Shown here piece after piece: positions 60,927 to 64,000 of a stretch of DNA of 64,000 nucleotides. A program made the position numbers and the translations under genes. The notes under the pieces were generated by a model. It saw only the letters and a list, made by a program, of their open reading frames with translations. It did not search any database and was not told where the DNA came from. Source of the stretch: Selaginella moellendorffii (lineage: Eukaryota; Plantae; Lycopodiophyta); NCBI RefSeq assembly GCF_000143415.4, contig NW_003314300.1:360385-424384 (forward strand), read 5' to 3'. The number at the start of each line of letters is the position of its first letter. Positions within the stretch are counted from its first letter, which is position 1.

Positions 60927-63095
60927 ATGCCTGTCCAAATTCCATCCAAGAGAGCGCCTTCACACGATGATCTAGCTCGTCTTCTCCAATCGTGCACGGA
61001 TCTTGAGCGCGCGAAGCGTATCCACAGCCGGATTCACGACTCGACCGCGCACGGGAGTGGCATCATTCTCGCAAATCTCTGCGTTGCGATGTACGCGCGA
61101 TGTGGCAGCATTGCCGATGCTAGAGCTACATTCGATTCTATCAAGAACCCTAATGTTTTCTCCTGGAACATCATCCTTGCAGCATATACCCGGGCAGGGC
61201 ATCTGGATCAAGCCCAGCGTTTGTTCCATGCCATGCCCTTTTGGCAGCGTGACGTGGTAACATGGACGACCATGATTGCTGCGTACGCTCAGAACCAACG
61301 GCTCGATGAGGCCCAAGCTCTCTTTCTCTCCACTCCCGAGCACAATGCTGTCTCCTGGAATGCTATGATCCAAGCATATGCTGCTTGCGGATATCTTTCC
61401 AAAGCAAAAGCTTGCTTTAATACCATGCCGGCTACCGATATTGTTTCCTGGAATATACTTTTATCTGCTTACGCCGAAAGCATGTTACTCGAGGACGTAA
61501 CTTTACTTTTTAACTCAATGCCTCAATGGGATCTTGTGTCCTGGAATACGTTCCTTGCAGCAAATGCCCATTCTGGGCATCTGTATTATGCAAAGCGCAT
61601 ATTCGATGAGATGCCCGAGCATGGCTCTTGCTCGCGCAGCGTCATGATCTACGCCTACGTTCACGCTGGATCCGTAGAGGACGCCACGAAAAACGTACCT
61701 CTCGGGGAAGACGATGTGGCATCTGGCAACGCGATTATCAGTGGGTGGTCACAGGCGGGAGATGTCCAACGAGCAAAGCTGGCGTTCGATTCCATGGGCC
61801 GCCGGGACCTAGTGACGTGGAATGCCCTCCTCGCCACGTACGCACACAATGGGATGTTAGTAGCAGCGGCTGCTACGCTGGACAAGATGCCCGAGAGTGA
61901 CGCGGTGACGTGGATCACCATGATCTCTGCCTACTCACACCACGGCCACGTAGAGGAAGCCGAGAGGGTGTTTGCATCAGCGCCTGGCGGTAACATGATG
62001 ACGTGGAATGCCATGCTGTCGGCGTATGCCCACAACGGGCGTGCCGCGTCAGCGGAGTCCTTGTTCCGTACGATGCCACGTCGGGACAGGGTGTCGTGCA
62101 ATACAATGATCGCTACGTTTTCACAGGCGGGAAAGCTGGGAAAATCCGAGGAGGTGTTCTTTGAGCTCTTATCGGATGAGGAGAAAGGAATAACTTCTTG
62201 GAACGCGATGATCGAGGCGTATGCCCGAAATGGTCATCTTGGAGACGCTCGAAAGCTCTTGGAGCTCATGCCCGAGTGGAACGCGGTAACCTGGACGACA
62301 ATGCTTGGGGTTTTTGCCGATGCTGGCCTTGTAGAAGACGCAAAGTCCTTGTTTGATCTAGCACCAGAGAAGGATTGCGTGTGCTGCAATGCTATGATCC
62401 AAGCGTTTGTAGTAACTGGGCTCTTGGAAGAAGCGGAAGCAATGGTTTCGAGTCTTCCTTATGCCACTATATATGTTTGGTCAACGATGGTGGGAGCTTA
62501 TGCAAACAGTGTAAAACTCCAGGAGGCCGAGGCTATGTTCTTTGCTATGCCAGAACGGAATGTTACGTGCTGGAACGTTTTGATAACAGCATATGCCACA
62601 AATGGGCAATTAGAAACATCGAGAAAAGTCTTTGATCGCATGCCAGAGAGAGACGTAGTTTCATGGTCGACGTTAGTCTCCTCATTTGCTCACGGAGGCC
62701 ATCACTGCGAAGATTCCATGGGTATCTTCCGGGACATGGAATTGGAGGGCGATTGCGCTCCAGATGCCATATTCTTCTTGAGCATATTGAATGCTTTTAG
62801 GCAGCAGGGATTAGTGGATCAAGCATCACATTTTTTCACGTTGATGAGTGTCGAGCATGGGATTTTGCCATGGCAAGAACACTACAATGCGATGGTGGAC
62901 ACTTTGGGACGAGCAGGGAGAATAGCAGCAGCAGAAGAGCTCATAAACAACATGCCATTTGAGTCCCAAGTGGCTGTGTGGGGATCGCTCCTCACATCTT
63001 GCAAGCGTTTTAGTGACAGATCCAAGAGGGCATCTTTGGCTTCCAAGAATATACTTGAAATGGATCCCACAAATTGTGCCCCGTACCTTTTATAG
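60927..63095 (+). CDS. PLS-subfamily PPR protein dominated by 31-aa short motifs, with shortened E domain
   Basis: Many DVVSWN.MI.AYA.NG.L..A..LF..MP repeats, HYNAMVDTLGRAG, WGSLLTSC; ends APYLL*. Confidence 0.9.
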   Translation: MPVQIPSKRAPSHDDLARLLQSCTDLERAKRIHSRIHDSTAHGSGIILANLCVAMYARCGSIADARATFDSIKNPNVFSWNIILAAYTRAGHLDQAQRLFHAMPFWQRDVVTWTTMIAAYAQNQRLDEAQALFLSTPEHNAVSWNAMIQAYAACGYLSKAKACFNTMPATDIVSWNILLSAYAESMLLEDVTLLFNSMPQWDLVSWNTFLAANAHSGHLYYAKRIFDEMPEHGSCSRSVMIYAYVHAGSVEDATKNVPLGEDDVASGNAIISGWSQAGDVQRAKLAFDSMGRRDLVTWNALLATYAHNGMLVAAAATLDKMPESDAVTWITMISAYSHHGHVEEAERVFASAPGGNMMTWNAMLSAYAHNGRAASAESLFRTMPRRDRVSCNTMIATFSQAGKLGKSEEVFFELLSDEEKGITSWNAMIEAYARNGHLGDARKLLELMPEWNAVTWTTMLGVFADAGLVEDAKSLFDLAPEKDCVCCNAMIQAFVVTGLLEEAEAMVSSLPYATIYVWSTMVGAYANSVKLQEAEAMFFAMPERNVTCWNVLITAYATNGQLETSRKVFDRMPERDVVSWSTLVSSFAHGGHHCEDSMGIFRDMELEGDCAPDAIFFLSILNAFRQQGLVDQASHFFTLMSVEHGILPWQEHYNAMVDTLGRAGRIAAAEELINNMPFESQVAVWGSLLTSCKRFSDRSKRASLASKNILEMDPTNCAPYLL

Positions 63096-63427
63096 CATTT
63101 GAGTATAATTAAGATGTTTTCCTTATTCCTAAGGGTACATTTTTAACTTAAATTTAGGTCAAGTAAAAATTGTTTTAAATTTTTGTCCCTAAAAAGATAT
63201 GTCTTAAAAGAAAAAGTTATCACCTTAACTTAAGTATTTTTTAATATGCTACACAATATGAACAAAGGATTTAAGTTTGAGTGAATCATTTTTAAAACAC
63301 CTTGTATATTGCTAATATTTTTAAATTTTGTCCTTAAGCCATAATAATGAATTATAAAGTTGTTAGGCTATAGTGATAAGTTAAAATTTTATTAATATTA
63401 ATTGAGGATTACTTGAATTATAAAATC

Positions 63428-63454
<27 letters not shown>
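63428..63454. repeat. (AT)n microsatellite
   Basis: Perfect AT run of about 13 units. Confidence 0.95.
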
Positions 63455-63459
<5 letters not shown>

Positions 63460-64000
63460 ATGGTAAATAAATATGTTTTAACAGAAAAAAAGATTATATT
63501 CTCTAGTATCCCTACCACCTGACTACTTGAATAGTTAAATTAATTTTTAGTAAATTACCTTTAATATTTTTTTAAGCTTTAAATAAATACATTATGTATT
63601 TATATTGTTTTTGTAATTCATATATGAATCTATTGTATATTTTAGTTACAAAACTACATATAAGTGATCTCTCAATGGACAGTTTGCCATGTTCAATTCA
63701 CGCATTACAATTGAATCTTCTTCGGCTTAATCATCATATTTTTCAATTGTGAAAAGAAAGCAGAACTTTTTATTTTCTTTTCACACTATTTTTTGAACTT
63801 TAACTGTTGAAAAATTAATTTCAAACTCGTTTTTTCCTACTATTGAATATTTTATGTTTAATTTATTATCTAGAAGAGACTAAAATATTTGGAGGATTTG
63901 TCAATAAACTCTCTTGATTGGATTACTTCAAAACTAAATTGAAGGTTAAAGTAGTTTAAATAGTAAAAATTTATTAAAAATTTTGTGGTAAATACTTTTT

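Overview
Eukaryotic land-plant nuclear DNA. It is inferred to be a lycophyte, most likely Selaginella, from the 50-90 nt introns, ~100 bp intergenic gaps, abundant PLS/SS-type PPR genes and a scaffold N-gap. Layout: (1) 1-7752, a CpG-decayed non-chromovirus Ty3/gypsy element with an intact extra ORF before its 3' LTR. (2) A PPR pseudogene split by a 1.1 kb TRIM-like element with a clean 5-bp TSD. (3) A ~5 kb inverted duplication (10312-15345 / 22110-27246) carrying two intact subtilases and an HRN pseudokinase. One arm has captured an alpha-tubulin exon piece, and the spacer holds a TPT-like translocator and PPR/gypsy debris. (4) A gene-dense block at 27.5-44.2 kb: alpha/beta hydrolase, PLS-PPR, IAR1-like ZIP with tRNA-Arg(UCG) right upstream, RBMX2/Snu17, a conserved membrane protein, a histidine phosphatase, GT61 and RBP47. 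It also contains three spliced DY-motif (tyrosine-sulfated, PSY-like) peptide precursor genes that the ORF track does not resolve. (5) An AT-rich repeat region at 44.2-58.2 kb with short-LTR relics and a scrambled TRS120 fragment. (6) A head-to-head P-class/PLS-class PPR pair. The most interesting observation is the sulfopeptide-precursor cluster, including one peptide that fits no family I recognise, lying ~7 kb from duplicated subtilases. All calls were made by eye; no searches were run.
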